From the NCBI GenBank assembly GCA_977017645.1, contig OZ360227.1, positions 102,734,001 through 102,798,000 of the forward strand: a stretch of DNA of 64,000 bases. The letters are read 5' to 3'. Positions 37,271-50,777 of the stretch are shown here, one piece after another (the stretch's first letter is position 1; each line of letters begins with the position of its first letter). Source of the DNA: Torpedo marmorata. Taxonomy: Eukaryota. The notes beneath the pieces are model-generated. The model had not been told where the DNA came from. It did no database searches and worked only from the letters and a program-made list of their open reading frames with translations. Made by a program: the position numbers and the translations under genes.

Positions 37271-39430
37271 CTTTGCTGAGAATCTGAACGAGTACATCGA
37301 GGCTATCACACACTTTATCAAAACAGCTGTGGATGAGTGTGTCCCCACCAAATCATTCAGGGTGTTCCCCAACTAGAAGCCCTGGATAAACAGTGAAATC
37401 CGGCACCTGCTGAGAGCCAGATCGCAGGCATTTAAGTCCGGAGATCCAGATCAGTACAGCAGGAGCAGCTATGACCTCCGGAAGGCTATCTCCCAGGCGA
37501 AGTGGAGATTCCAGATGAAAATGGAAACAATAAGGGACACCCAACTGCTGTGGCAGGGTCTGAATGCCATAACCTGCTACAATACCAAATCCGGTAAAGT
37601 AGCTGACGGCAAAGCTTCTCTCCTAGAGGAACTCAACGCCTTCTACGCCCGATTTGACGACAGTAACAGCGAAGAACCACCCCTCCGCACACCCACGTCC
37701 CATGACGATCCCACCCTGTCCATACCTGAGGATGAAGTGCGTGCTGACTTCAGGAGAGTGAATCCGAGGAAAGCATCTGGCCCGGATGGAGTATCTGGCC
37801 AAGTATTAAAGATCTGTGCTGATCAACCTACTAAGGTATTCACGGATATCTTCAATATCTCATTTCAGCAGGGCGTGGTACCCACCTGTTTCAAACAGGC
37901 GTCAATCATACCAGTGCCCAAGAAGAGTGCAGTAACCTGCCTTAATGACTATCGACCAGTAGCACTTACATCAACAGTGATGAAGTGTTTTGAAAGGCTG
38001 GTGATGAAGCATATCAGCTCCTGTCTGAGCGGTAACATGGATACGTTCCAGTTCGCCTATCGTAGAAACAGGTCAACGGTGGATGCCATCTCACTGGCTC
38101 TACACAAATCCCTGGAACACCTGGACAGCAAAGATGCATACATCAGGATGCTCTTTATTGACTACAGTTCGGCATTTAACACCATCATCCCCTCAAAACT
38201 GATCAGCAAACTTCAAGACCTGGGAGTTAACACCCCACTGCGTAATTGGATCATGGATTTCCTCACATCCAGACCACAATCAGTGAAGATTGGTAAGAAG
38301 TAAAAAACACAAATGCTGGAGAAACTCAGCAGGTCAAACAGTGTCTTTTATGTAGCAAAGGTAGAAAGATTGGTAAGAACCTCTCCTCCACAATCTCCAT
38401 CAGTACCGGAGCATCACAGGGCTGTGTTCTTAGCCCCCTGCTCCACTCACTTTACACCTACGACTGTGTAGCTCTGTATGACTATAACACCATCTACAAA
38501 TTTGCCGTCGATACCACGGTAGTAGGTTGTATAAAGGAAGGGGATGAGTCAGCATACAGGATGGAGATTGAAAACTTGGCTGAATGGTGCACCAACAACA
38601 ACCTTGCACTCAATGTCACCAACACTAAGGAGCTGATTGTTGACTTCAGGAAAGCCAGAGGTATACAATCCAGTGATCATTGGGGGATCAGAGCTGGAGA
38701 ATATGAGCAAATTTAGGTTCTTGGGAGTCACTATCTCGGAGGATCTTTCCTGGACCCAACGCACCAATGGCATCGTGAAGAAAGCACGTCAGCGCCTCTG
38801 CTTCCTCAGGAGTTTGCAGAGGTTTGGTATGTCACCAGAAACCCTGGCAAATTTCTACAGATGTGTGGTGGAAAGTATGCTGACCGGCTGCATCACAGTC
38901 TGGTATGGGAACACCAATACCCCTGAGCGTAAAGCCCTCCAAAAGGTAGTGGACACAGCCCAGAACATTACTGGCAAAACCCTCCCCACTATTGAGTACA
39001 TCTACAGGGAACGCTGCCGTCGGAGGGCAGCAGTAATCATCAAAGACCCACACCACCCAGCGCACGCTCTGTTCTCGCTGCTGCCATCAGGAGAGAGGTA
39101 CAGGTGCCACAACACTCACACCACCAGGTTTAGGAACAGCTGCTACCCCTCTACCATCAAAATCCTCAACGACAAAGTCAAATCAGAGACTCATTTAAGG
39201 ACTCTTGCTCGTGCACTTTATTGATTTTTCTTTGCCCTCTCTGTATTGCAGTCAGTTTCATTCATTACCTGTTAGCAGTTCTTTTGATTGTTTACATGTT
39301 TACACTGTGTACAGTTTACGTTTTGCACTACCAATTAGTGGTAATTCTGCTGCGCCCTCAGGAAAAAAGTATCTCAGGGTTGTATGTGACGTCATGTATA
39401 TACTCTGACAATAAATCTGATAAATCTGAA
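37271..39430 (+). mobile_element. Younger Rex1/Babar LINE with a near-complete RT region, 5'-truncated
   Basis: ORFs KASGPDGV...LNDYRPVALTSTVMKCFERLV...FIDYSSAFNTI and FLGVTISEDLSW...KARQRL...FYRCVVES. It ends in an (AAATCTG)n tail. Confidence 0.93.
38300..38365 (-). mobile_element. 66-bp Penelope tail fragment inserted into the Rex1 RT ORF
   Basis: Matches 20588-20655. A 14-bp TSD AAGATTGGTAAGAA is at 38286-38299 and 38366-38379. Confidence 0.9.
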
Positions 39431-39819
39431 ATCATGAGCTGTGAATTGTGTATGTTCATGCACTATGGTCCAGAGAAACAGTTTCGTCTGGTTATACATG
39501 TGCAGGCAAATGATAAGAAACTTGAACAAATATTACTGATATAATAAACAAGTAATATGTAAATAATACTGTGTCAGGCAGAGGAACTGCTGGGCTCCCA
39601 TGCAGCATCTGTAAAGTAGACAAATAATGTATATATTTTCCATTATATGAAAAACATTTTAACCATATTAAAATGCACAGAAATAATTGACTCAAAGCAA
39701 GACGAGTTACTTCTAGTGAACACAGCTAAAGTGAAGCTGAAATATTTGTATCCCTGTAAATACATTGTTTACTTTTGTAATTTAAGATTAACCCCTTACT
39801 GAACAACTGGATCTGGATT

Positions 39820-41150
39820 TAATAAAGAAACCAGCCGGGTAGCAGGTCTTTGCATTTCAACAAGTTCTGAAAGAACAAATACAATGAAGTAAAAGATGAC
39901 AGTGAGGAAGAATGATGAATATATAAAGTTTGGCTTTACTAGGAATCGAAATTGAACTTCGACCCCTTTGAAGTTTTGGCAAATAAAAGTATAAAATCTG
40001 CAAATTTGGGTCGACATTTGGAAATAAAGCACCTTCGAAAAAAGATCAGAAGATGAACATCAGAAAGCGAGAAAAATTGCTTCCTTAGTTAGACATCGAA
40101 ATAAAAAGTTGTTGGAAGTTTTACATTTAGTGAGTCTGTGAATTGCAAAATTAAGGAAACCCCATACATATGGTGAAAATTTAGTGCTTCCCACAGCAAA
40201 ATATATCAAGAGGATAATGACTGGTGAGAAAGCAACTAAAAGATTTTGATCTTCTTCCGCTTTCAATTCATATATATTCTTGGCATTTCAGTGATATGGC
40301 AACTGAGGTGAAAACTCAGGTGCGAAATAGCGTAAGAGCTAGTGACTTCACTGCAGTTGAATGAGACAACAAATGTAACATACATTTTGCTTTTTTAAGA
40401 AACATATTTGAAGGAAGTGCTCAAGAAGGTTTTTCCTTTTGCAAGTCATTACTCTCAAGGACTGCTGCCAAAGATATTTTTATGACTTGCATATAACTGA
40501 AAATAAAATTGACTAGAATCTATGCATTGGTATTTGTTCTGATAGTGCCAGAGCAATAAGAGAGTGTTAGGATGTGAAAGTTCAAAACTGAGAAATTGTT
40601 CCTAATGTTACTTGGGTACATTGCAAAATTCATAGACAAGCCTAACTTGTAAACATATGCTGAGCAAATTTAAAGATGTTTTCGATGTAGCAGTAAAAAT
40701 AAGCAATTTCATCAAATCAAGACCTACGAATAGCTGCTCTTTATGATGAGATTAGAAACAAACACAACTTCTTTTGCCTACTGAAGTTTGTTGGCTTTCT
40801 AGAAGTAAAACACTCAAGATTATTTAAACTTACTCAAGTAGTAGCATGATTCTTAACAAATTCAAATTTTGAGCACAGTAGCTGCCTTACAGATGGAAAA
40901 TGGCTTATTAAACTGACATACATCCCTGATATATTTTTGAAATTAACTTACCGTAAATCAAGAACTTCAAGGGCCATCAATAACTATATTAAGTACAAAT
41001 GATAAAGTCTAAGATTTCGTTAGAGAGCTTGCTTTGAGGACAGGGCATATTGAAAAACACAATGTTGAATCTTTTTTTCTGCAATTCTTTTTAGATGAAA
41101 ATAATTCAACTCTTCCTTTGGATATATCTGCAAAAATCTGATCTCATTCA
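39820..41150 (+). pseudogene. Fossil hAT (Charlie/Buster-type) transposase
   Basis: Collinear motifs across frameshifts: DEYIKFGFT, RHLEIKH, KPHTYGENLVLP, LQLNETT, CIGICSDSARA, WVHCKIHRQA, NFIKSRP, LLPTEVCWLSR and LTYIPDIF. Confidence 0.8.
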
Positions 41151-41374
41151 TCTTCACTGAAACAAGAATATGCAACCGAAGCTAACAAAAAAAACTTAAA
41201 TATAACTGAACTTTGTAAAAGAAAAACAGTGCAATCATCACATTGAATTAAGAATGGAACTCCAAGCAAGCCTCATCTTTTTTTCCACAAAAAAGATATA
41301 ATGCCAATATTTTGCTCTCAAAATTACCCATACTTTTTTCAAGTGATGCACCCGTAACATTTTTCTTTAAGTCA

Positions 41375-42500
41375 CTGAGAGGAATAGGTCTTTCAACCCA
41401 ATCGTTCATGCTGGCCAAGTTGCCTACCTAAACTAGTCCCATTTCCATGTATATGGCACATATCCCTCCATACCTTTCCTATCCATGTATTTGTCTAAAT
41501 GTCTTTTAAAAGTTGTCATCATACCTGCGTCTACAATTACCATTGGCAAATCGTTCCACACGAAATGTTGCTCCTCCTGTCCCTTTAAATCATTCCCCTT
41601 TACCTTAAGCCGATGCCCTCTAATTTTAGACTCTCCAACCATTGGAAAAAGACTGACTATTCACCTTGATCATGCCCCTCCTGATTTTATATACTTGTCA
41701 CCCTCCAATGCTCCAGAAAAAATGCCTCAGAATATCCAATCTTTCCCTATAACTCACATTCTCCTGTCCCGATAACATTTTCATGAATCGTTTCTGCACT
41801 TTTTCCAGCTTTTCACATAGTATGGACACAATACTCCAAGTGCAGCTCTCACTAACTCCCTCACAGCAATAACATGACAACTGCTAGACTCAATGCTCTG
41901 ACCAATGAAAGCCAGTGTGTCAAACATGTTCTTCACCACTGATTACCTGCATCAACAATTTTAGGAAACTATGTACTTTCATCCCTAGGTCTCTGTTCTA
42001 CTGCACTCTCGATGGCTCTGCTGTTAATCATTCAAGTCTTGCCCTGGCTTAACTTACCAAAATGCATCCCTTCACACTTGTTAAATTCCATCTACCACCT
42101 TTTGGTCCACTTTCCCAGTTGATAAAGATCCTATTGAACCTTGGATAAACTTCACTTTCCACTATACCAGCAATTTGGGCATCATCAGCAAACTTACTAA
42201 TCATGCCAACTACTTTCTCATCCAAATCTTATAGATAACGAAGAATAGTGGACCCAGCACCAAACCCTGCAGCACACCATTGGTCATAGGCAACCAATCT
42301 GAAAAAAACTTTCCACTACTACCCTCCAATTCCTACCACCAAACCAATTTTGTATCCAATTAGCCAGCTCATCCTGGATCCCACGTCATCTCGTCTTCCA
42401 ACCAGCCTACCATGCAGTACCTTGCCAAAGGTCTTTCTCAAGACCATGTAGACAACATCTACTGCCCTGCCCTCCTCAAAGCTATTGGTTACCTCTTAAA
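41375..42500 (-). mobile_element. CR1 LINE 3' portion, degraded
   Basis: Minus frames give SKFADD, LEKVQKRFMKML and SKIRGHRLKVKG...WNDLP...FKRHLDKYMD. Confidence 0.85.
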
Positions 42501-44809
42501 AAATAAATAAAATTGGGGGAGGCTGATTATAAGGGGGAAAGGTTGCAATTTTGATGGCAAAGTAAAGCAAACATTCTCAACAAATTCTCCCACTAAAAGA
42601 AATAAAAAATCCTGTCATCAGTCTAGGAAAGAGCTCAAGCTCACTAGTCATCCTCACCCCTTCTGGATGAGCCAGTATTTTGCCTTTGTGGTCTGTAGCA
42701 AGTAAAGGAATACTCAATGTGGACTGTGGATGAAATAAAGTTTGGGAATCACTAGGTTAGATTATCTGTCCCATTGCAGTGGAAGCCCAAAATAGTAGAA
42801 TTCAAAACATCTGCAATTTAAGTAGGGTGCTATTGATAACTTGATCAATGGGATAGTTTCCTATATTTTAGTCAATAGAAAAACAGGCATTTGTTTCCAG
42901 CAAGCAGCTTTTAACCTCATGCAAAGTAATAACAAAATCATACAGAAATATACCTTAACAATGTAATAACAAAATGTCCTTTGGACTACTTATTTTAAAA
43001 ACATTACTTAACAATAATTTGTGATTACATTTCAGGAATTGAAATTAAAATGAAGGTTTGGTTACACAACTATCAAATTGAAGGATTCACAATGCTTCAA
43101 AATACCTGCCTTATATCATGGAGCTCCGAAAAACACATGACATCAGCAATACAGACTATTTAGCTATAAAGCAGTGTAATTTTGGAATTATAGCCCTTGA
43201 AACTTGAATTGTATTCCTCAAAATTTGTTCAAAGGAATAAAACAAATTAACAGTATGCAGTAATATTGTTGGGAAGACAGCTGATATTACAATCTTTGAA
43301 AATAAATTGAAAAGTTATTCTGATTAATGTATTAAATTTAATTTTGCTCTTTAAAGAAAAGTAATGGATAATTTTAACACTTTAGGTCCTCTTTGTCAAC
43401 ATCAATTATCAAGTCAGGAGCATCATGCGCCAAATGCCATGAAGATTCTCTCTGCCAACCATCCTTACAGCCACCAAGTTAGATCAATCATAATTTGGCA
43501 TAAATTGGTACTAACTGGCAGTTTTGTGCTATGGATCCACAACAAAATTGGAACTGGCAATTTCTGTAATCAAAATTTAACATATTTATAGCTTGTACAT
43601 AACTAAACTTTGATTAGATAGGACAAGATTTAACCTGAATTTCTGATGTGAAATGCATGATCTAACAGGAGAAAATTACCCACAATGTAAAAAAACAATT
43701 AACAAACTATGAAAAATTGAAATTACATATATTTCAATAAGCAAAATAAAGGATGCTGGTATGGATAGTAAATGGTCATCACGGACTTTACCCATTAATT
43801 TTACAATTTTATAATTACAAGATTGTTTTCTCTGTACATGAAGAACAGAATGTATTTGAATTGGGGTTACGTATTTTTGGAATGACCTATTTAATGTCAT
43901 GCAGAAAATGAAAATTGACACAATGGTCACTTTTCAATGAGGTCCGATCCTCAAGCTATTTAAAACAACTAATATTTGCTGGTCTAATTAAATAAGAGAA
44001 AAGTATGTAATCTTTTCTAGCATCAAAGAAATATAGGGGTCACGAGACAAAGTTTCATATTGATTTTAACTCAATATTTGACTTCCTTTGCTATTGGTCC
44101 ATTGGGCATGAGTAATCAAACAAGATGTTATCGAACCTTGAAATACATCCTATGTCTTGTATATTTGTCTCCAAATCCACTTTCTTTGGATATCTGATGT
44201 CGAACTGTGATACGTCATTGAGGCGTGCTCTACATGTTTTAACACATCTTGGTGATGTCTGCTGCATAAAATACTTTTAAGCTATTACTGCCTCAGGAGG
44301 ATGCCAGGGTCAAGTGTGTCATGACAGGTGCTACAGTACAGCAGTAAAAATACTTTAGATACTGCAGGAATGGGTAGAAATAACCATGGTGTTTGTTTAG
44401 CTGTTATCTAATGCTATGAAATGATCTTCAACAATTTACATGGAACCACATATACCTATGTGACAACTTTCTGTTAATTTTCTTCAAAATGTAGTTTCAC
44501 TATTTATGTTATTCTTTCAGAGTTTCAATGCCCTTTCTTGCAAAGTTTCAAGAATGATCGATATAATAAAGGAAATTCAATGCCACCCTGCCCCACATCC
44601 GTTATTGGTGACAAAGACTGTTTGTTCAATGCTTCTTCCCCACAATTATACTGAAGCAGATATAATATCCGAGTGAATGCAGGAACTGTAATATATTTAG
44701 GTCATTAATCACATTAAATGAAGTATAATTTAGAGCTACAGGTTCAAATCTAAATTTAGATAATTAATCTATGCTCGTAAATGCATGTGTGCAATGACAC
44801 AACAACGCT

Positions 44810-45150
44810 GGGTGGCAGAGTGACACAGCAGTTAGAGCTGCTGTCACACAACTCCAGCAACCAGAGTTCAATCTGTTGATGCATGGTTTTCCTCTAGGTG
44901 CTCCAGTTTCCTCCCGTATGCCAAAGATGTGCTAGTAGGTTAATTAGCATCAGAAATTACCACCTAATGCAAGTGGGTGACAGGTGAATCAGGGAAGTTG
45001 ATGGCCATATGAGGGACGGGGGGGGGGGGACGGGGGGAGTGGGGGAAATAGGAAAATAAATGGGGGAATGGGACTGATAGGAATGATCTGAGAGCCAGCA
45101 TAGATTCAATGAGTTGAATGGCCTCCTTTATTGTGGGGAAATACAAAATG
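44810..45150 (+). mobile_element. Old V-SINE-like copy
   Basis: tRNA-like head plus GGTTTTCCTCTAGGTGCTCCAGTTTCCTCCC. Similar to 13320-13632. Confidence 0.65.
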
Positions 45151-45274
45151 AAACGTGAAATCATTCAAGTGCTAACTAACAATCAAGCAAAATGTAGAAA
45201 ATTTATTTAACAGCCAAAAATAGTTGAGCACATTTGTAGTTTGCATTGGGCTGCCATTATACATTATATAAAAA

Positions 45275-46130
45275 ATGACAGCGCTGCCAGAGCTGCTGTA
45301 ACTGCAGCGCTGCCACTGGTGCGGACCTGGTAGAGTGGGGAGCGGAAACACAGCTCTTCTCTGCAGGGTCCTACTGCCTGGTTCCAATGCTGATGGCTCC
45401 ATGCAGGCTTTAAACAGCCTGTTAAAGATGCCAACACTTTTTTTTAAATTCTGCAAACACGAGCTCTGTGCCCAAGAGAGCAGCACCTGCACTGGGCACT
45501 GTACCACGAGAGGTTGCAGACTCCAGGGAGCAGTGGACCGGCGCAGGGCATCAGAAATGGGGAGAACATCCCCCATTGGGAAGGAGAAGCCTGGGGGATG
45601 ATCCTACAGGGAAGGTGACTACAGTAGTGGACCAGTGGGGCCTCAGTGGCTGAAGGACCCACACAGGCTGCGGGCTATTGGCGACATGCAGTCGAAGGAT
45701 TCACACAGGCTGCAGGTGACTTGCAGTCGAAGGATTCACACAGGCTGCAGGTGACGAGGTTGAAGGATCCACACAAGCTGTGGGCTGCTGGAGACTGGCT
45801 CATGGGAACCAGGTATCAGAACTGGAGATTTGAGAGGGTACTGAGGGCAAGAAGGGCCTCAAGCGCTAAAGGCTTCCTGATTGTGTCGGAAGTTTGGATC
45901 TGGAGCTTGGGTTGCCAATGGTCTGTGCAGAGGCTGCGTGAGCGCTGGAGGCAAATCCACAGACACTCAGTGTCTCTGAAGTGACTCTCCTTTGTTTCTC
46001 TTTCTCCTATTGTTTGGGGCACCGGGCAATGCTCATGGCGATTCTTTGTTTGCCTTAAGGCAGACAAAAGTTAAAGTATATCATGTATATTATATTTTAA
46101 GGTATTATTACATGAAAATTAAAGGAAGCT
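45275..46130 (+). mobile_element. GC-rich unclassified repeat, probably a non-autonomous retroelement, with an internal minisatellite
   Basis: Sharp GC contrast with the flanks. Four ~35-bp units GAAGGATTCACACAGGCTGC... lie at 45652-45795. No coherent ORF. Confidence 0.45.
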
Positions 46131-47135
46131 TTGAATATCACATTAAATATCATAATGATTTAAATGGATGCAAACATTTACAACATAGGCAAAAATGTTC
46201 CAGAAATATAGATGTAATTTTAATCAATGTTTAAATATTTTATAAGAAATATTCATTCTTGGGAGGTGGGTATTGCAGGTAAAGCTGTCATTTATTGCCA
46301 ATCCCTCGATTGGTGCCATTTTTTTCCCTGATCTGGTAATGTTTGTGTTGCAAAGATGCTTCAATAAAACAAGTTAAAAAATAGTTCAGTTTTAGTTTTT
46401 CCTTTGTGGCAGTACAATAGCGATTCTCCATTTCATTTTTCTGGTTAAAATAAATCACTTTGGTGTGCGACTGGAACTACAAAAGGTCAATTGGTTAAAG
46501 ATCACAGGCTTTCTTTCCTAAAAGAGGACTTGAGTGATGATGGAGAATTTGTAACAATCCAACAACTTCATCACTCTACTCAATACCAGCATGTTCGAGA
46601 TTTATTTGTAAACCAAATTCTAAAACTGTCACAATGGTATTTGGTCATCCTTTCTATTATTAATCCAAATAATTAATCACTCATTATTCTTGCCTAAATA
46701 CTCAAGAAATAAATATTCAGTGGTTCTATATTTTACTATTTCTACTTGATCAGAATTTGGGAACATCAAAACAAATAAAAATATTTTGAAAACTGCAAAG
46801 AACATTCAAATAACCAAAGAAATCAAACCTGTACCTAAAGTTATTTGCACATTTAACAAAGAAAGTTTGGTAGTTTTTGCATCAAGCACAATTATTCTAG
46901 CCAATAAAAACTCAAAAAGCTTAATTTAATAGTCTGATGAAAGGCCATTAAAGCTAAAACATATATTTCTGAATATCTGATGGCAGGCCTGCAATTTCTC
47001 TTTCCATTGCATAAATACAAGAGGGCCATCTTGTATTTGGTGTATTTTGTCCCCTTAATTATTGAAAAGCTGGAATGTAACTAGAAAGTGATTACTTTCC
47101 TAAAAACTAGAAACACCTATCCACAAAGAAGGCTA

Positions 47136-47383
47136 GGGCGGCACGGTTGGCGTAGCGGTTAGCGCAATGCCTTTATAGTGCGAGCAATCGGGACTTGGGT
47201 TCGAATCCCACGCTGTCTATAAGGAGTTTGTACGTTCTCCCCGTGTCTGCGTGGGTTTTCCCTGGGGGCTGCAGTTTCCTCCCACCCTTCAAAATGTACC
47301 AGGGGTGTAGGTTAATTGGGTGTAAATTGTGCGGCACTGACTCGTGGGCCGACACGGCCTGTTACCGTGCTGTATGTCTAAAT
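47136..47383 (+). mobile_element. Full-length V-SINE/HE1-like SINE
   Basis: A box TGGCGTAGCGG, B box GGTTCGAATCC, V-domain and CR1-like tail GGCCTGTTACCGTGCTGTATG. Same family as 1297-1516. Confidence 0.9.
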
Positions 47384-47647
47384 CTACTGTTTCAGTGAAT
47401 TTATATTATCGTCATTCTGGGACCTGCCATTGTAATTGGAGATGTAATCCAAGAAACATCATTTGTTAAGCCTTGTGATTAATATATTTGAATTGGTTTT
47501 GTTTTAAAAGCACATTATATAAGATTCATTATGATCCATCTTCCCACATCCTCCCAAAATACTCATTTTTAAATCACAAGAAAGTGGCATTAAAAACTTA
47601 AAGATACATTATGCTATAAACAGCAATTTTGTGGAGAGATGACTACG

Positions 47648-47760
47648 TGAGCAAAGTGAAGCAAATAAATGAGAAAGGTGAGTGAACTAAGGCAAGTGAG
47701 TGAGATAAAGTGGGACAAATGAGGCAAGGGGGGCAAGTGAGCAAAATGAATGAGGCAAAG
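47648..47760. repeat. Purine-rich degenerate tandem repeat (GTGAG/GGCAAG units)
   Basis: Repeated GTGAG, TGAGGCAAG and GCAAA units. Confidence 0.6.
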
Positions 47761-50600
47761 ACCATCTGAAATATATTTCAAAACCAAAGTAACTACACTG
47801 GGTTATGGAGCTTCCCTAGCAAAAAGTAACCTTTACGAGAAAAAAACAGACGATAGTTTTCAACTCTGAACTTTAATAATTACCGTAGTTAAAATTGTTT
47901 ATCTTAATCATTACCCATATTGCTCATGTGATGTTAGTCCTCTGCTTGCTTTCTATTTGCAGTTGGAAGGATAATTGCCTGAGATGAAATGCAGGCTGGT
48001 AAGCAGTTCAATGGAACAAGAAAACAAAACTCAAGATATATGGATAATAGTAATGTAATAACAATGATATGAATATAATAAATCCTATTTTTCAAATGTT
48101 CAAATCTTTGCTATTAATGTTAATTTGGGAAGTTACTCCAGTAGCAATTTAGACAATATTTTACAGCAATTTTGGCCGCTATAAATTTAGGAGTCCTGCA
48201 CTTTTAAGCCATCTTTTGCTCAATACATATGCATATTCTTCTATTCAGGTAATACGGGCCATGTCAACTCATTTTATTCCTTGGAGGATACAGTTGTATT
48301 CTGGGACCAGAATTAACATTGAGATTTTAACAAGGCTAAATTATACAAAACATATATGCCAAAGATGTGTACATTTTTAAAGCTGTCTGAATTAATAAAC
48401 CTTTTGCTCAACTGTAATGTTTCACCTGACTGCATCTTTTCCCAATTTCTGTATAGCCTTTATTAAAGATATATATTTTCCAAGATAGAAAAAAGATTAC
48501 TTTTAGCATAGATGCAAACCAAAGTTCTCTGCAAGAACTTCTCAGTGACTGACTAGGAATTATAATTTAATAGCGATACTGACAGGATTTTAAAGTGATC
48601 TCACTATTTAATATGTATGATAGGAGGCTTCTTTTTGTTTAAATATCTTTCATCTTGTAAGTTAAAATGATAAATTGTGGCACATCTTCATTAAAGAGAA
48701 AACATAGGTTGCACTTTAAATAGAATACCTCAGTTCTTGTGTTTTGATACATATTAAAAATGACAGAATTGGAAAGAAATTTGGCTTTCTGCTTCAGGTA
48801 AAAGAAGCTGTTGAAGCCAAAAATCAGTTCTGAGGCTGCTTCAAACCCAGCTTTTGACTGTCTTTTGACCTCTGCTACCCTCTATGGGTGAGATTTGACA
48901 AATATTACAACATTGATTTCAAGCACTTTGCAGCAGTTGTGAATTCCATTCTGAGTATAGGAAGGAAGCCAAAAGATAAATATAGTTCCTATGAACTAAC
49001 ACGGAGTCACATTGATTGCATCCATAAAAGTACTGAATCTAAACAGTTATACTCTTCTCTATTGGAAAAGGTGAAAGGAAGGGAAGAATAGGCATCTTTA
49101 GACAGTGATTTACAGTATCCATGCAAAATAGTTGCTTGTGATAGTATTACAGTGTTTTCAAATCTGAGAAGCAGTTTTGACTTTTCTCAGATGCCTCAAT
49201 GAAATCTCACTATTGATCAAATGTTAGGCATTCACATGTAATATTGTAACTTGTAAAACCAAATTATACTGACAAGAACTGAATATATGCCTTTGCCAAT
49301 CTGAAGCTCTTAGTCCTTTTACATTAAAGGAGAGGAGAAAAGAAAGATTGGCCAAGTAAAGATCAATTCTCCAAAATAAATTAGGGTACAATTTTTTAAA
49401 ATTTCTCAAGTGCTGATACTGCATTATAAAAACCACAACTAGGTCAGGATTACACTTTAGGCAAGCATTCAATATGTAACCAAATTGCCATGACTTAACT
49501 TGCTGACAACATAATTTATTTTAATGCAACAGAACAATATTTAGTTGTAAATAGGAAAACCTTACATTGAAGCATATGGAGCACATGCTGCTTTAATTAA
49601 ACACACACTGATTTCACAGACTAAAGGCCAACATACGTCTCAAGAAATTAAGTACGGTATATTTTAACCTGGGAACATTGCATTTAGTTATGTACATCTT
49701 TATGAACCACTTAGCTTGTATGGTCATTCTTTTTTCTATTTTCATTACAAAAACCTCTAAAATTATTTCTTGTGTCAAAATTCCAGATCAAGAAAATCCA
49801 AGTTCCAATCTTAGATGCAAACATTAAATAATTCGATTTAATCCCATTTCAAATTTAAATTAAGATCTTTAAATATACCGGTACTTTTCTTCAAGATGAG
49901 GAAGATTAGTTTGGACCAGGGGCAACCTTGAAACAACTGTCAATGTGCTTAAGAACTGATGCAGATATTTTTTATTACAAGGTAAAAGGATTTCTTACGC
50001 ACTCCCCACCCCCAAAACAAATCTGGCATGGCACGACATTCAATCTAGAGGTACAGTATATGACAGAAGGATTGGTTGAGGTGATTCCCCACCAAAATAA
50101 GATGCTACTCTACAAATGATGATGCATGCAGCTTGCCTTTATTTATTCTACATTTGTAACATCTAGGTCTAAAGTGTAGCAGCACCTCAGCATACAACTG
50201 ACAATTATTTTTAAAATGTTCAGTAAAAAATAAAATTATTGTATCATCAATTTCAAGTTGTGACCTAAAATTGCATGTTGTAGTTTAATAAAGAAATAAA
50301 GTGCTTTTAGAAGCACTAATAATCAATTAAAGCACTTTCCCTGGAATTCAAAATTAATATTTAAAATACTGTATCTAATTTGTTAGCAGCATTTGATGCC
50401 ATTATGGGAACACAATTTTTCAACTTAAAAAAGTTTATTTTATACAGAAACGGTTCATTTAAAAAATAAAGAATTAAGAGAAATTTTTTCAAGATTTGTA
50501 ACAATTAGTTTTGAGGGAAAATTCATTCTCATCACTCACCCCTTTGAGCAGAACACTGAGTCTGCAATTAGCAGTTCAATCAGGTACGGGGGAAAATGCC

Positions 50601-50777
50601 TCACAACTGCATCTTTCTAAGCATATCAACTGACACTGGTGGATGAAAAGTGATGGTGTGGTGACGAAGCCCATGAGCAGTCTTGTAACTTTTCCCACAT
50701 CGGCACTTGAAAGGTTTCCGGACACGAGTTTGAGTGCGATGGCCATTCTTGGCATGGTACTTGATTCCATTAACATT
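50601..50777 (-). CDS. JAZF1: JAZF1-family zinc-finger protein, last coding exon (phase 0, with TGA stop)
   Basis: The acceptor ttctgttag is followed by NVNGIKYHAKNGHRTQTRVRKPFKCRCGKSYKTAHGLRHHTITFHPPVSVDMLRKMQL*, matching the JAZF1 C-terminal C2H2 fingers. This frame is missed by the ORF track. Confidence 0.95.
   Translation of the reverse strand, partial: NVNGIKYHAKNGHRTQTRVRKPFKCRCGKSYKTAHGLRHHTITFHPPVSVDMLRKMQL

Noticed and set aside
45652-45795. Repeat array resembling CRISPR
   Set aside because: Eukaryotic context, short related spacers and no cas genes; it is a minisatellite.
47136-47215. tRNA gene
   Set aside because: The A and B boxes continue into a SINE body and tail, so it is a tRNA-derived SINE head.
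48400-50600. Exact JAZF1 3' UTR end and poly(A) site
   Set aside because: There are several minus-strand AATAAA candidates (for example ~50138-50147) in AT-rich DNA; I cannot choose without transcript data.
50576-50776. 66-aa ORF overlapping the last JAZF1 exon
   Set aside because: Wrong frame; the JAZF1 frame starts at 50777 after the splice acceptor.
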